Assembly: GCA_000002445.1 (NCBI GenBank)
Contig: CM000208.1
Coordinates: 352,001-416,000, forward strand
Source: Trypanosoma brucei
Taxonomy: Eukaryota
Direction of reading: 5' to 3'
Length of the DNA stretch: 64,000 nucleotides
Below the pieces are notes generated by a model. That model was not told the DNA's origin. It worked only from the letters and a program-made list of their open reading frames with translations, and did not search any database. Position numbers and translations under genes: made by a program. Shown here one piece after another: positions 31,001 through 41,884 of the stretch. Within the stretch, counting starts at the first letter, position 1. The number at the start of each line of letters is the position of its first letter.

Positions 31001-33621
31001 TTAGCTAATTCTACTTGCTGCCTTTCTTCCAGTTCACGAAGTTCTTCCTTTAACTGATCGTTACAAGCTTGGAGAGTATTAAGGCGTTCAAGAATGGCAT
31101 CATCCGACTCGTTACCTGTGCGGCACGCTTCAAGTTCTTCAAGAAACTTCGCCTCCTGCTCAGCCTTGTATTCCTCCAATTTCTGTCTGAGAAGTTCATC
31201 GTGCTCAGCGATACGGTCAGCTGCTTCCTGTGTCACATTAGCTAATTCTACTTGCTGCCTTTCTTCCAGTTCACGAAGTTCTTCCTTTAACTGATCGTTA
31301 CAAGCTTGGAGAGCATTAAGGCGTTCAAGAATGGCATCATCCGATTCGTTACCTGTGCGGCACGCTTCAAGTTCTTCAAGAAACTTCGCCTCCTGCTCAG
31401 CCTTGTATTCCTCCAATTTCTGTCTGAGAAGTTCATCATGCTCAGCGATACGGTCAGCTGCTTCCTGTGTCACATTAGCTAATTCTACTTGCTGCCTTTC
31501 TTCCAGTTCACGAAGTTCTTCCTTTAACTGATCGTTACAAGCTTGGAGAGTATTAAGGCGTTCAAGAATGGCATCATCCGATTCGTTACCTGTGCGGCAC
31601 GCTTCAAGTTCTTCAAGAAACTTCGCCTCCTGCTCAGCCTTGTATTCCTCCAATTTCTGTCTGAGAAGTTCATCATGCTCAGCGATACGGTCAGCTGCTT
31701 CCTGTGTCACATTAGCTAATTCTACTTGCTGCCTTTCTTCCAGTTCACGAAGTTCTTCCTTTAACTGATCGTTACAAGCTTGGAGAGCATTAAGGCGTTC
31801 AAGAATGGCATCATCCGATTCGTTACCTGTGCGGCACGCTTCAAGTTCTTCAAGAAACTTCGCCTCCTGCTCAGCCTTGTATTCCTCCAATTTCTGTCTG
31901 AGAAGTTCATCATGCTCAGCGATACGGTCAGCTGCTTCCTGTGTCACATTAGCTAATTCTACTTGCTGCCTTTCTTCCAGTTCACGAAGTTCTTCCTTTA
32001 ACTGATCGTTACAAGCTTGGAGAGTATTAAGGCGTTCAAGAATGGCATCATCCGATTCGTTACCTGTGCGGCACGCTTCAAGTTCTTCAAGAAACTTCGC
32101 CTCCTGCTCAGCCTTGTATTCCTCCAATTTCTGTCTGAGAAGTTCATCATGCTCAGCGATACGGTGACGCAACGAGTCTACCTCTCTTGCTGCATCAGCT
32201 CTTTCACTTTCAAGTTGTTGTTGCAAGCCGGAAATGCACATCTCAAGCTCCTTAACACGAAGTGCCATTCCGGTTTCAACGCATACAGAAGGTGTCACAG
32301 AGTCTCCCACACCAAATACAACAGCATCATCATCGTCCTCCACTCTTGGTTGAGAGGCCTCACCTTGTATAACCATTTTAGCAAAAGGATTCAAAGGAAT
32401 ACCGGCGGTACTACTATTGTTTTCAGTTTCCTGTGTACTCTCAAGTGTGTGGATACGGTCTTGTAACTCACTTAGCTCCCTGATCATCGCTTTTTCGGCA
32501 CGCTTCCGTTGTTTTATTTCCTCTTGCTTCTGCTGCTCTGTTTTTTCTTTACATTCCAGTTCTTTTTTTACCTTGTTGTAGGCAACGGTACTGTCCTCGT
32601 TTATTTTCCGCTCGCGTGTTAATTCCTGCTCGAGGTTTTTTATGCGCTGGTGAGCGGCTTCTACTTCCTTTTTACTCACATCTACTTGTACGCCAAGCTC
32701 TGAGTTTGCTGCTTCTAGTTGCAAAATACGTTCTTTGCACTTCGTTTCGCTCTCCTTGATCGTATCGCCTTCGTTCTGTATTGTTACCACTTCACCTCTA
32801 AGGGCATTGTTATCATCTTTTAGTTTTTGCAGTTCTTTCGCTTTGAGTTCGAGAAGAATATGCAACTCCATTATTTGAGTTTTGAGACTGTCGTTCTGCT
32901 CATTAACGCTTTCGAGTCGGAGTTGCAATTCCCTGTCGCGCTCCTGCAGTGCTTCTTGAAGACTTTGCAACTCTTCTTCCTTTTGCAGTTGCCTTGCATT
33001 CGCCTCGGTCACACCCTTCAACTCATTTGTTAGCACATCGATTTCAGATTCTTGGTTTCGAAGTTGAGCGTTCAGTTGCTCTATTTGTTGGTGCTGTATC
33101 TCCATTGTTTTGTGTAGCGTAGCTACATCTTTGTTATACGATAACTGCTTGAAGTCTTCATCATCACCATCCACACAGCTGACGGAAGGTCCACACATCG
33201 TTAACAACGCCACGTGGTGCAACTCCTCGGGTTCCGCGGGTGTTGACTCCGGAAATAACGGTTTGTCGGTGGGAGCGCACCACTCCGCCAACTTTGTTGT
33301 GGGCATGTTGTACTCCTTTGCTGTGATATTATCGTCCTGTGGCAAATGACTACTACCACTACTACCCATATTTTGTTTATGGGCTTTGGAAGGCTCCTCT
33401 GATGTAGTGATGAGGGGAGAATGAAGTTTCCCCTGCAGCGGCATCCATTGTTCTCCTTGAAGGTACCTTTTGAATATAATATATCCCTGGCGTCTTAACT
33501 GCTCGAATTTCTCGGGTGAGTGGCTCAAAATCTCTGCGCGCCGGGCTTCCATCATCGCGCGCCCGCGTTCCATATAAGTCTTCCTCGTTTCCTCATCCAT
33601 CGTGGCGAAAGGCCCATCCAT
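25003..33621 (-). CDS. Giant coiled-coil protein with about 18 tandem 79-aa repeats (start moved to the first ATG; the track start at 33705 is a GTG)
   Basis: The track ORF is 2900 aa and the first ATG (MDGPFATMDEETRK) is at 33621-33619. Heptad-rich Glu/Leu/Lys/Gln composition throughout. The central repeat is DRIAEHDELLRQKLEEYKAEQEAKFLEELEACRTGNESDDAILERLN(T/A)LQACNDQLKEELRELEERQQVELANVTQEAA. Confidence 0.8.
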   Translation of the reverse strand: MDGPFATMDEETRKTYMERGRAMMEARRAEILSHSPEKFEQLRRQGYIIFKRYLQGEQWMPLQGKLHSPLITTSEEPSKAHKQNMGSSGSSHLPQDDNITAKEYNMPTTKLAEWCAPTDKPLFPESTPAEPEELHHVALLTMCGPSVSCVDGDDEDFKQLSYNKDVATLHKTMEIQHQQIEQLNAQLRNQESEIDVLTNELKGVTEANARQLQKEEELQSLQEALQERDRELQLRLESVNEQNDSLKTQIMELHILLELKAKELQKLKDDNNALRGEVVTIQNEGDTIKESETKCKERILQLEAANSELGVQVDVSKKEVEAAHQRIKNLEQELTRERKINEDSTVAYNKVKKELECKEKTEQQKQEEIKQRKRAEKAMIRELSELQDRIHTLESTQETENNSSTAGIPLNPFAKMVIQGEASQPRVEDDDDAVVFGVGDSVTPSVCVETGMALRVKELEMCISGLQQQLESERADAAREVDSLRHRIAEHDELLRQKLEEYKAEQEAKFLEELEACRTGNESDDAILERLNTLQACNDQLKEELRELEERQQVELANVTQEAADRIAEHDELLRQKLEEYKAEQEAKFLEELEACRTGNESDDAILERLNALQACNDQLKEELRELEERQQVELANVTQEAADRIAEHDELLRQKLEEYKAEQEAKFLEELEACRTGNESDDAILERLNTLQACNDQLKEELRELEERQQVELANVTQEAADRIAEHDELLRQKLEEYKAEQEAKFLEELEACRTGNESDDAILERLNALQACNDQLKEELRELEERQQVELANVTQEAADRIAEHDELLRQKLEEYKAEQEAKFLEELEACRTGNESDDAILERLNTLQACNDQLKEELRELEERQQVELANVTQEAADRIAEHDELLRQKLEEYKAEQEAKFLEELEACRTGNESDDAILERLNTLQACNDQLKEELRELEERQQVELANVTQEAADRIAEHDELLRQKLEEYKAEQEAKFLEELETCRTGNESDDAILERLNTLQACNDQLKEELRELEERQQVELANVTQEAADRIAEHDELLRQKLEEYKAEQEAKFLEELEACRTGNESDDAILERLNTLQACNDQLKEELRELEERQQVELANVTQEAADRIAEHDELLRQKLEEYKAEQEAKFLEELEACRTGNESDDAILERLNALQACNDQLKEELRELEERQQVELANVTQEAADRIAEHDELLRQKLEEYKAEQEAKFLEELEACRTGNESDDAILERLNALQACNDQLKEELRELEERQQVELANVTQEAADRIAEHDELLRQKLEEYKAEQEAKFLEELEACRTGNESDDAILERLNTLQACNDQLKEELRELEERQQVELANVTQEAADRIAEHDELLRQKLEEYKAEQEAKFLEELETCRTGNESDDAILERLNTLQACNDQLKEELRELEERQQVELANVTQEAADRIAEHDELLRQKLEEYKAEQEAKFLEELEACRTGNESDDAILERLNTLQACNDQLKEELRELEERQQVELANVTQEAADRIAEHDELLRQKLEEYKAEQEAKFLEELEACRTGNESDDAILERLNALQACNDQLKEELRELEERQQVELANVTQEAADRIAEHDELLRQKLEEYKAEQEAKFLEELEACRTGNESDDAILERLNTLQACNDQLKEELRELEERQQVELANVTQEAADRIAEHDELLRQKLEEYKAEQEAKFLEELEACRTGNESDDAILERLNTLQACNDQLKEELRELEERQQVELANVTQEAADRIAEHDELLRQKLEEYKAEQEAKFLEELEACRTGNESDDAILERLNTLQACNDQLKEELRELEERQQVELANVTQEAADRIAEHDELLRQKLEEYKAEQEAKFLEELETCRTGNESDDAILERLNALQACNDQLKEELRELEERQQVELANVTQEAGGTRGYCGVTVFVASTSSSVGSVRSLLGADSCLPCINLETADCGAKEAECCISHREVVGNGSHCVDVLKGSEKVSSRVQTDSPEAIGVVCRSFVDMTEDRENGERVDYGNLNGLSYCNFSGDIPDDIGMGNLVICRKQSKCNKSCQVDDGVVPLDDSNEAELRVEDCQTLPDVTRNRVELQREEQSRLHSENGGSEKEVHTAELDHTTLKHNVVEDLFAEKVLTIPLVVEYLFRAVLDAHEYLVRHHVNFQRKLLSRCDVIERAASDAMIEGERQCEEFMAVVEGAEVERQGLLRQITELQQEVATFKASSERVESELCSNKEEHSKVIRKLHEKLDATQHEMEVVKVEYANSLHKMELVKTENANVLHLFSELKKTAADVEDEQRREVVRLQEALREKTHTSRELLELTEQKLAAALEEVDQCKCSREDLEKQLRSTKSSLDRVIPRLERAETERDSLESQLLDATQEVQLLTQRNRTAEEASRRQADALTATVEELREANTKLGESCKEQQAQLDSLKAQLAVAETELERLRMRATQQESDAQRLNGKLCELESSSTLQVEEAAAALRAAEMRIAALEPRKAALQEEVDHVRRKNCELQGCCDELKERLRQAADTTQNAEQMHNRRVQQLNEQVEALQLEVKQLQEAHDGLVADREQLVREQVGAAQETERIKQNLERCNQQKERLQNEIQWQRESYESEIQAAQETLNGAREELSKWRHTLEEAEAQQNAMRDTISMLQVERTSNHEQIRAVRLQLREYQELLAQERGYLHETGLKFLRSCSDECSVQKSPSVPYTPQRECGTRETCSLTSAPAGCCDSQKTQGSASQKSIARLRNIVAQKSLLLEEREAQVESLYSEMKTAIVHVVQEARNAQLGSKALAPVDQRELLLNNIMHNLLLRLGRLSRVVREPSTDSTGSGSRDPANAEVSPNSSTNPEAVLNFSSAATPKERVSGGGDESTDAR
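27905..32170. repeat. Tandem array of about 18 copies of a 237-bp unit (in-frame 79-aa repeats inside the giant CDS)
   Basis: The exact 237-bp period is visible as 17 identical + strand antisense ORFs spaced 237 bp apart (28013...31805). Copies differ at only 3 or 4 positions (agagcatt versus agagtatt; cacgcttc versus cacgtttc; gactcg versus gattcg). Confidence 0.9.
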
Positions 33622-34875
33622 CCCTCGCTGTGACGACCACGCGGATGGGTAAGCGAATGTAATCTTGTTTCTTAAAACGCAAAAGAAAAAAATCTCTAGG
33701 TACACTCGTACAGCGTTACAATTGTGATAAAGACAAGAGTCTGCTCAGGATATGGAAAAAGGAAATGAAGTTCCTCAGGCACCTATGTCCCCACAACCTT
33801 ATCAAACTAGTGGAAAATTCCCTCTGCCGGTGTGTTTTTTTTCCTCCCCCCTTTTATTTTTCTTGCACTCACTCCGCTTTGTCTGTATTATTCCCCTTTC
33901 TTCCTTCCCTCCCCTCCGCCCCGTTGTGCGACCAACAACGTACACGGGTGGTGGAAACGGAATTGTAAACTGGGAGAAAACCGTCCCCCCCCCAAAAAAA
34001 AGGAGAAAAAAACAAGAAAAAAACTTTGCTGCCGTGACTTCTGCCCACCACGGTAATTTGAGATATCACCCTCTGAAGAAAAAAAAAACAAAAAAGAGGG
34101 AAGAGGAAAGTAGAGAAATGCAGGGTGCAAAAAGAAACTTATTCCACACATCCGTCTCAGTGCAGTAGGGAGATTGGGAGCACAACATACCATGGAATTA
34201 TTGTAAACAAAATAATACATACAGTCGTTTCACCAAGTCACAACTGTAAGAAGGAAGAACGAAAAAAAAAAAAAGAGCAATTAGAAGTAAAAGCAATATG
34301 GTAATATATTTTGCGGAAAGTGGATCAGAAAACTAGGAGGTGAAGATACTGAAAATAAGTCAACAAAAACCACACTTCTCAGCACCAACTGTTGGTGTTG
34401 TATTCCGTAGCAACCACTATACGCAATGACCCCACGCTTGCGGTTGAGAAAATGAGGCCCTAAAGTGGAAAGCGTACTCCAACGAGAGGGTTGATGCTGA
34501 ACAACTAAGATATGAGAAGGAAGAAACTTCATTGGAAGAAGTCAGAATTAGAAACGTCCCGTTGCTCACATCACATAGGCCAGTCTACTTGATTTTATTT
34601 GCATTCCCTTTCCTTTGGATTTTTTTTTTCGCTGTTGTGAAATTCTCTACACACGAAAGGGATGTCTTGTTTCCAAACTGCGAGCTAAGTATTGCACGAA
34701 CCAGGGTCATCTGCCAAGCTCTGACATCCGAGCTTGACGACAGTCCGAACGAGACAGTATCCTGAGGAGCCGTTTTCATCCAATTCCCTACACTGCGGCC
34801 AATTGGAGCCGCGCCAAGTGGACTCCACGAATAACAAGGGAGGAAAACAGCAACAGAGAGTAGTAACAATGTTCT

Positions 34876-37416
34876 CTACACTCTGACGAATAGGTTTCGG
34901 TAGAGCCCCTCCACTTTGTGCAATAAAGCCTGGACGGTGCGCCTGTCCTCCTCGTGAGTGAGTGGAACGAGAGGTACGTTAAGCACTTGCACAGAGCCAC
35001 CCATAGTGGCATCAGCGATGATGGACCGGGTGGTCACCGTCGGTGAGTAAACTACCACCTGCTGCAACAGCAGACGCAAAATGGCCATTGCGTCCTCCCA
35101 TAGTTTCTTTCCCTGTAACTTCTTTGGCTCCAGTTCAGCTTCTAACACCCCCCTCTGTTTTTCGCGTTTGTCATCCGGGGTCAGCAAAAGCTGTTCAGAA
35201 GCCGCCCAGCGGATGAGATCAACAGCGTGCCGGAGCATCAACTCCTTCGCGGAAGGTAAGCAATCAAGCGAAGTACCTCGCGTCATTAACGTGAAGGAGT
35301 GCTGTGTAACTCCCTCCTCGTTGTCCGCCGCTGAACTTGCTGTTGTTTGAGTACCTTGGTTACTCTGAAGGCTCTGTTTGAGCTGAGACGCGGCTGTTTG
35401 AATGTACCCTTCTACCTGCTTGAGGTCATCCAAGGAGTCATGAAAGAGAGACGATGAGGCACTCATGTTTGGACCGTTCGTGGCGTTGGCAGCTCCTCCC
35501 GTATCCCCGGCAACATTGCTGCACTCCGAAAATACGGTATTTACTGCCGCACTAAGAAGATCCCACCCGTAGGATAGCAGAACAAGGCCTCGGCCTGGGT
35601 CACGCTCCCTCTCTACAATGTTATATTGCAGAATATGAATATACTCACGAAGCGCCAAGATAGTTTGCCTCTTCTCCAAAGTCGTTAAAACATTTCTACC
35701 GCCTTCACAATTCTCAACCGGGAGAACTGAATTATCCACTGCGCTGGGGTACTCAGCCAGCGCTTGTCCCGCAAGTGTCACCCCGCTTGCAGACCCCAGA
35801 GCATCAGCAAGTACGGACCTCGGTGATCCTCCTCTCACTAATACAGGTGCACTTCGAGGCTCTTCATGAGTAAACCACACGTGGTTCTTCACATCGATGA
35901 TTGTGCAGCGCTTTTTCGCCTCGGAATGCAGCATCTGCCGAAGCAATTCGTAGCAGCTGGGCGAAAGGCGCCTTCGATTCACGTATCCTCCCTCCTGTTG
36001 CGACAGCTCCCCACCCGCACCGTCTGTCGTAGAAGTTGATGCAGAGGGCGCACGATTTGTCATATCCAACTGCTCTGCACGCGCAATAGCACCAAGCAGA
36101 GCATCCGCCGAGCAGACGGTCGCTTTGGGGTAGATATAAGGGTGTCTAGCGAACAGTAATTCGTACATGATAACCCCCAGTGCCCATACCTCCGCTTGAT
36201 AGTCATAAGAATCGAAATTCAAGCGCTCCGGAGCCATGTAAGCCATAGTGCCAACAGCAGATTCAAACATTTCTTCGCCCTCCGTGGCCTCCAAAGCGGA
36301 GCCCTTTCGACTGTTAACCTTCGCCATACCCCAGTCGGCTACTTTCACTACCGCCTCATCGATATTACAGGATGTTAGAAGAATATTGGCTGGCTTTAAA
36401 TCACGGTGCATCACACCTCGTTCCCTAAGGAAACACAAGCAGTCAACCAGCTGCCGCATAATACGTCGGGCTTGCGCCTCCGATAGTGGGTCGTGCTTGG
36501 CCAAGTACTCTTTTAGGTCTCCCCCCTCGCAGAGCTCCAGAACGAGCACGTAGCTTGGTTCATTTTTGTCATCTATAGTTTCGTAAGTACCGTAAGCTTT
36601 GACGACGTTCGGATGACCCGGGCACCCAAGCAGGTCCATTATACTGATCTCGTCGGGTGTTTCATCCCTCTTTTTCGCTGGCGCCTTAATAATCTTCATG
36701 GCAACATGATACCCCTCTTTTATGTGCTTCCCACGGTATACTTCTCCAAACTGCCCTTTTCCAAGGCTTTCATCCATGTACATTTCATAGTCACCAACAA
36801 CACATGTGTTGCCCTCGCGTACAGGGGTACTAGGTCTCCATTTGCTATCAAAGTAATCACCTTCTACATTTCCCTGCATTATACGTGTGGCATCCACTGT
36901 CGGGTGTCGACGCAGCTCGATATCATCCCTCTCCACGTCGCTGGCCCGTCCTTTCCCTAGCACGCTTTGAGTGAAGAATTCCACTATACCATCACCCCCC
37001 AACCACTTCAGAAGAGCCATGGAGTACGCCCACTCACCTTCGATAACACTAAAATAGTCCACAACCCTAATAATATTGGGAAAATTTATGGCCAACACGC
37101 CCACTTCTTTTTGCACATACCTGCTCAACTCGTCCTTCTTGTTCGCAGGCCTCTTTAACACAGATACCACAACGTCGCAGTCGTCTTCCACATGTTTTCC
37201 ACGGAAAATAAGACCAATGCTCACGCTCCCGGCGACATTACTCCAGTCCACCTGGCTACAATGGCTTAGAAGCCCAGAAAGTTCCGCCATCCTCTGGACA
37301 TTCCTATAGTCATCGATACCAAAGCAATCAACATAGCCCTTAAGAATCTCTTCGGCACGGTCCTCAACTCGTTCGGGGCAACACCACGCCTTTCCACAGC
37401 TACAGCAAGATCTCAT
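34876..37416 (-). CDS. Protein kinase (Ser/Thr type) with a Cys-rich N-terminus and a DWG variant of the DFG motif
   Basis: 846-aa ORF with an ATG start. Central kinase domain: KGQFGEVYRG, VAMKIIK, HRDLKPANILL, VKVADWGMAKV, GTMAYMAPERL, DYQAEVWALGVIMYELL. The N-terminus is MRSCCSCGKAWCC. Confidence 0.8.
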   Translation of the reverse strand: MRSCCSCGKAWCCPERVEDRAEEILKGYVDCFGIDDYRNVQRMAELSGLLSHCSQVDWSNVAGSVSIGLIFRGKHVEDDCDVVVSVLKRPANKKDELSRYVQKEVGVLAINFPNIIRVVDYFSVIEGEWAYSMALLKWLGGDGIVEFFTQSVLGKGRASDVERDDIELRRHPTVDATRIMQGNVEGDYFDSKWRPSTPVREGNTCVVGDYEMYMDESLGKGQFGEVYRGKHIKEGYHVAMKIIKAPAKKRDETPDEISIMDLLGCPGHPNVVKAYGTYETIDDKNEPSYVLVLELCEGGDLKEYLAKHDPLSEAQARRIMRQLVDCLCFLRERGVMHRDLKPANILLTSCNIDEAVVKVADWGMAKVNSRKGSALEATEGEEMFESAVGTMAYMAPERLNFDSYDYQAEVWALGVIMYELLFARHPYIYPKATVCSADALLGAIARAEQLDMTNRAPSASTSTTDGAGGELSQQEGGYVNRRRLSPSCYELLRQMLHSEAKKRCTIIDVKNHVWFTHEEPRSAPVLVRGGSPRSVLADALGSASGVTLAGQALAEYPSAVDNSVLPVENCEGGRNVLTTLEKRQTILALREYIHILQYNIVERERDPGRGLVLLSYGWDLLSAAVNTVFSECSNVAGDTGGAANATNGPNMSASSSLFHDSLDDLKQVEGYIQTAASQLKQSLQSNQGTQTTASSAADNEEGVTQHSFTLMTRGTSLDCLPSAKELMLRHAVDLIRWAASEQLLLTPDDKREKQRGVLEAELEPKKLQGKKLWEDAMAILRLLLQQVVVYSPTVTTRSIIADATMGGSVQVLNVPLVPLTHEEDRRTVQALLHKVEGLYRNLFVRV

Positions 37417-38266
37417 ACCATCAAGTAACTTACCCTCTCCGTCACTTTATACCTAGAAGGAAACTTTTAAAAATATGAACTCACTCTTTACTGCTGTTTC
37501 TTTTCCGACCTCCCCCCCCCCTCCTATGACTGCCTTTGTGTACCAACTTTTACAAGAACAAAGAAAAAAAAAGAGCGCACAATTTCCTATACATCACCGA
37601 CATATACATCTGACCTCATCGTAACTACGGCGATCAGCACATATATACCACTTAACATCCAAACACCGTGCCGAACCCTAGTCCATTTCCACACACGATG
37701 GTGGTATATTGCCTCGGAGAGATGCAAACGGAGCTTGAAGTAGGAATTATATGCACCGCTGGAATTAGTCTCACCCACTCGTAAGCATCCTCATGACTCA
37801 TCCATCCTCAACTCCTCAAGTGAGGCACAACACCACCGACCAGGACTCACAGGGCAAAAAAGCAAGTGATTGACAAGCAACTGTTACCAGTACACCACCA
37901 TCAACCACCGAGGTCGGCACACATTACAAGAACAACGGTAATGTTATCCATCGCTTCGTTCATCGCTACGCTCCATGTGTTACACGGGAAAGAACTCTCC
38001 TCTCTTCTCATACCGGTTTCTTTATTAGCTATTCTTCGCATCCTTTTCCCATTCATTCATCCCTTGTGCTCACATATCTTCCCCAAGTATGATCATTGTG
38101 AAACAAGCGTAGGGGAAATAACAAAACAAGCACAAGGCACAAGAACTACCTGCTTACACAGGTAACATTAAATAGGGAGGAAGCATGGGAAAGTACAAAT
38201 TTACGTACGGGTAATTGCACCACAGAACCCCGTTGCCTCCCACCATCAGCACATCAGCGACCGCAT

Positions 38267-38926
<660 letters not shown>

Positions 38927-39087
38927 TCACGCGAGCTTTATGATATCTCTTGTGAAACCTTGTTACCGCAGAAGGAAAAGAAGATGCTAACATTGCACGA
39001 TAATTGGGTTAGGTTCAAGGTAGTGGACTACCAGGCACTGCATGATACCTGTGGGGACGGCCGCATTCACGTCAATATTGCCAGATT

Positions 39088-39137
39088 AAACAGAGACAGA
39101 GGGGAAAAAAATAAGAGGAGGGTGGAGGGAGAGGAAC
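39088..39137 (-). promoter_or_regulatory. Polypyrimidine tract (transcribed strand) upstream of HGPRT copy B; putative trans-splicing signal
   Basis: The + strand reads aaacagagacagaggggaaaaaaataagaggagggtggagggagaggaacg, a duplicate of the copy A tract. Confidence 0.5.
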
Positions 39138-39699
39138 GTAAGCACCGTGTCCCGTCTCTTGGGGGGTAGAGACGTCAGTAACCAAATGTAGTTGTCGCTT
39201 TTATAGATGAAATGACCTTAAATGAGACCGGCGTACCATATGAGCCTAATGACGGGACGCTTTGGAAATACATCGCCGTGGTGTTAAGTCGCATTTTAGA
39301 AAAATCAGTCGACGCACATCAACCAGGGGCACCAAAGTGACCTGAAGGAGAGATAAAGGAAAGAAAGAAGAAGGGTATGTGTAGTATACAACTCATTTTC
39401 ATGTACACCTCATATGTTGCTTAGCTGTTGCTGGATGAGCATCACCACATGACACTCTACTCACACATGCATGCAGAAACACGCACACACACACACACAA
39501 ACATATATATGTATGTATACGTGTACATGTAGCTGAAAGTCCGTACATTTTTTCATGCGGGTGTATGTGTGCCTGTTATTTTTCTTTGGTTCACATTGGA
39601 CGCTGACAGAAACTGCGTCAGATAACAACTAAGATAAATATCGTCAAAAGGTGCAGAAAAAAATAAGGTTAAATGTGTGCACTGAGGATGACATGAGGA

Positions 39700-41838
39700 G
39701 ACAACAGAAGAAGTACTACCAACAGCAAGCAGCATACAATGCGTTATAACCGAAAACGGAAGAAAGGAAGGATGAAAGAAAGAAAGAAAGAAAGAGAGAA
39801 AATAAAGGACGGGGGAAGCGATGGTGGGAGGGGAGCAAATGTTCCTCGGCAGCAAAGGAGGGTAAAGGCCGACCAATGGAGGAAAAACAAAACAAAAAAA
39901 TTGGTGAGGCCTCACGGGGGGGGGGGGTTGAGAATTGAGAGGGATGGAAGAAAAGAAGAACACGTTCATACAAGACAAACACAAATACACGTGAAGCATC
40001 ACAAACACGAATTACGTGCAATCAACCTGCAGCGGAGAGGCAATAAAATAAAAAAAAAGAATGGCGGAGTGGAAAGGAGGAAACCAGCAGTTGAGCCCTT
40101 TCACACACACATAAAAAAAACTTAGCAGTGCACAACATGGCGGACCCGAACAGCTGCTACACAGTGATTGAGAAGGAAAATAAATAAATAAAAGAGTGGA
40201 AAGAAAGGGACGAAAATGAGAGGAGAGGAGAGGAGACGCATTTCCACATGTGGCGACCCGTTTTTCCAACCCCCACGTCATGAACTTTATATATTTTTCT
40301 TCCTTTTGTTTTTCTTCTTCCCCTTCCCTTTTCTTTTGTTTTTTTTTTGTTTTAAAGCCAGATTCATCCTCCCCTTTTTTTGTCCTTAAACAAAATAAAA
40401 ACTCGGCCATTGACGACCGGCTATTTGCTTGCCCTCTCCCTAACCCTGCACCTCTACCGTTTCTCTTCATGAGCTGCAAAACAAACATTCGCACGCCTTC
40501 TCCCAAAATACAATTACAAACACAAATACGCACAACAACTCATAAGCACAAACAACTTAACCACAGAAGACACAAAACAAAACAAAACATCCTGCCTTTA
40601 TTATTATTATTATTCCCCTCCATTTTTTTTTTTTGGGGGGGGGGGGGTTCACCGCCAACAAATAACTTTCTTCATTTCGCCATTTATCACATCATCACAT
40701 ATCTCAGCGCCCTCTACTGCATGGGTTTCAGTCACCCTTATTTTTATTTTGTTCCGCTTTGCATAACTTTTTTTTTGCTATTTAAAATTAACTAACTTCA
40801 TTTTTTTTCTTTTTTGCCGTTTGTCTCTTGTTTCACCTTATTTTAATCTTTTTTTTCTTGATTTTTTTCACACACGATTCCTTTTTTTTTTTCCGTTTCT
40901 TTTAATCTGCATGTGGATATACGCCCGTACGTACGCAACAGTTTCATCAAAAGGATATATATATATATATGTTTCTTTTTTTTTTCATTGGTTTTGTTTT
41001 GTTACTTGACAATTTCATTTCATTTTATTTCATTTCACTTTTCTTTTTTTTTCTTTTCTCCCCTTTCCCCTTTCCGTGCTATTCGCTATTTTCCTCCTTC
41101 CCTTTTCTCTCGCTCCCTCACCCCTTTTCCTCGCTACAACTTACAAACACAAACACAAACACACTCACACTCGCATGCGTGTACACACTTTTTCTTTTCT
41201 TTTCTTTTCTTTTCTTCTCTTTTCTCTTTTTTGATTTGTTTTGTTTTTTCTTTTAATTATCCGCGAGTGTTCGGGTCGTTGTTTTTGTTTGTTTGTTTGT
41301 TTCTTTTATTTCTTTTTTTTTTTGGGGGGGAGGGGGAGGTGTCTCTTTTCATATGGTCGCGATACTCATCGATTTTTTGTTTTGTTTTCTGTTTTTACAT
41401 CGGTGCATCTTCCGCCTCATTCTTTTCCTTTTCTTTTTTATCTTTTTTAAAAAACAAAAAACCTTTCAAGTCGTCCCTTTTCCTTCACCCGCACCTCCAA
41501 ACTCGTGTGTGTGTGGGGGGGGGGCTTTTTTTTTTTTCCTCCCTCCTGTTTTGTTCTGCCAACGGTACTTTTGTATTATTTTTTTTCTTCTTCTTTCTTC
41601 TTCGCTCCGATTTTTCTTTTTTTTTTTTTTGTTGTTTCAATTCATTTGCTCTTTTTTTTTTGAACTTTTCCTCTTGAGGAGGATATGGGGAGAAGAAAAG
41701 GAGTAGGAGGAGGGTTTTTTTTTTCATTCATTCATTCATTCATATCCACCCCCTTCCCTTCTCATTTCCTCCCTTACCGTTTATATGGTTGTTGCCTTTC
41801 TTTCTTTTCTTGTTTTGTTTTGTTGTTGTTTCATTTTT

Positions 41839-41884
<46 letters not shown>

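Noticed and set aside
28013-32005. Seventeen identical 66-aa + strand ORFs (MASSDSLPVRH...) spaced 237 bp apart
   Set aside because: They are antisense reading frames of the 237-bp tandem repeat inside the minus-strand giant gene. They are low-complexity Ser/Cys-rich and merely reflect the periodicity of the repeat.
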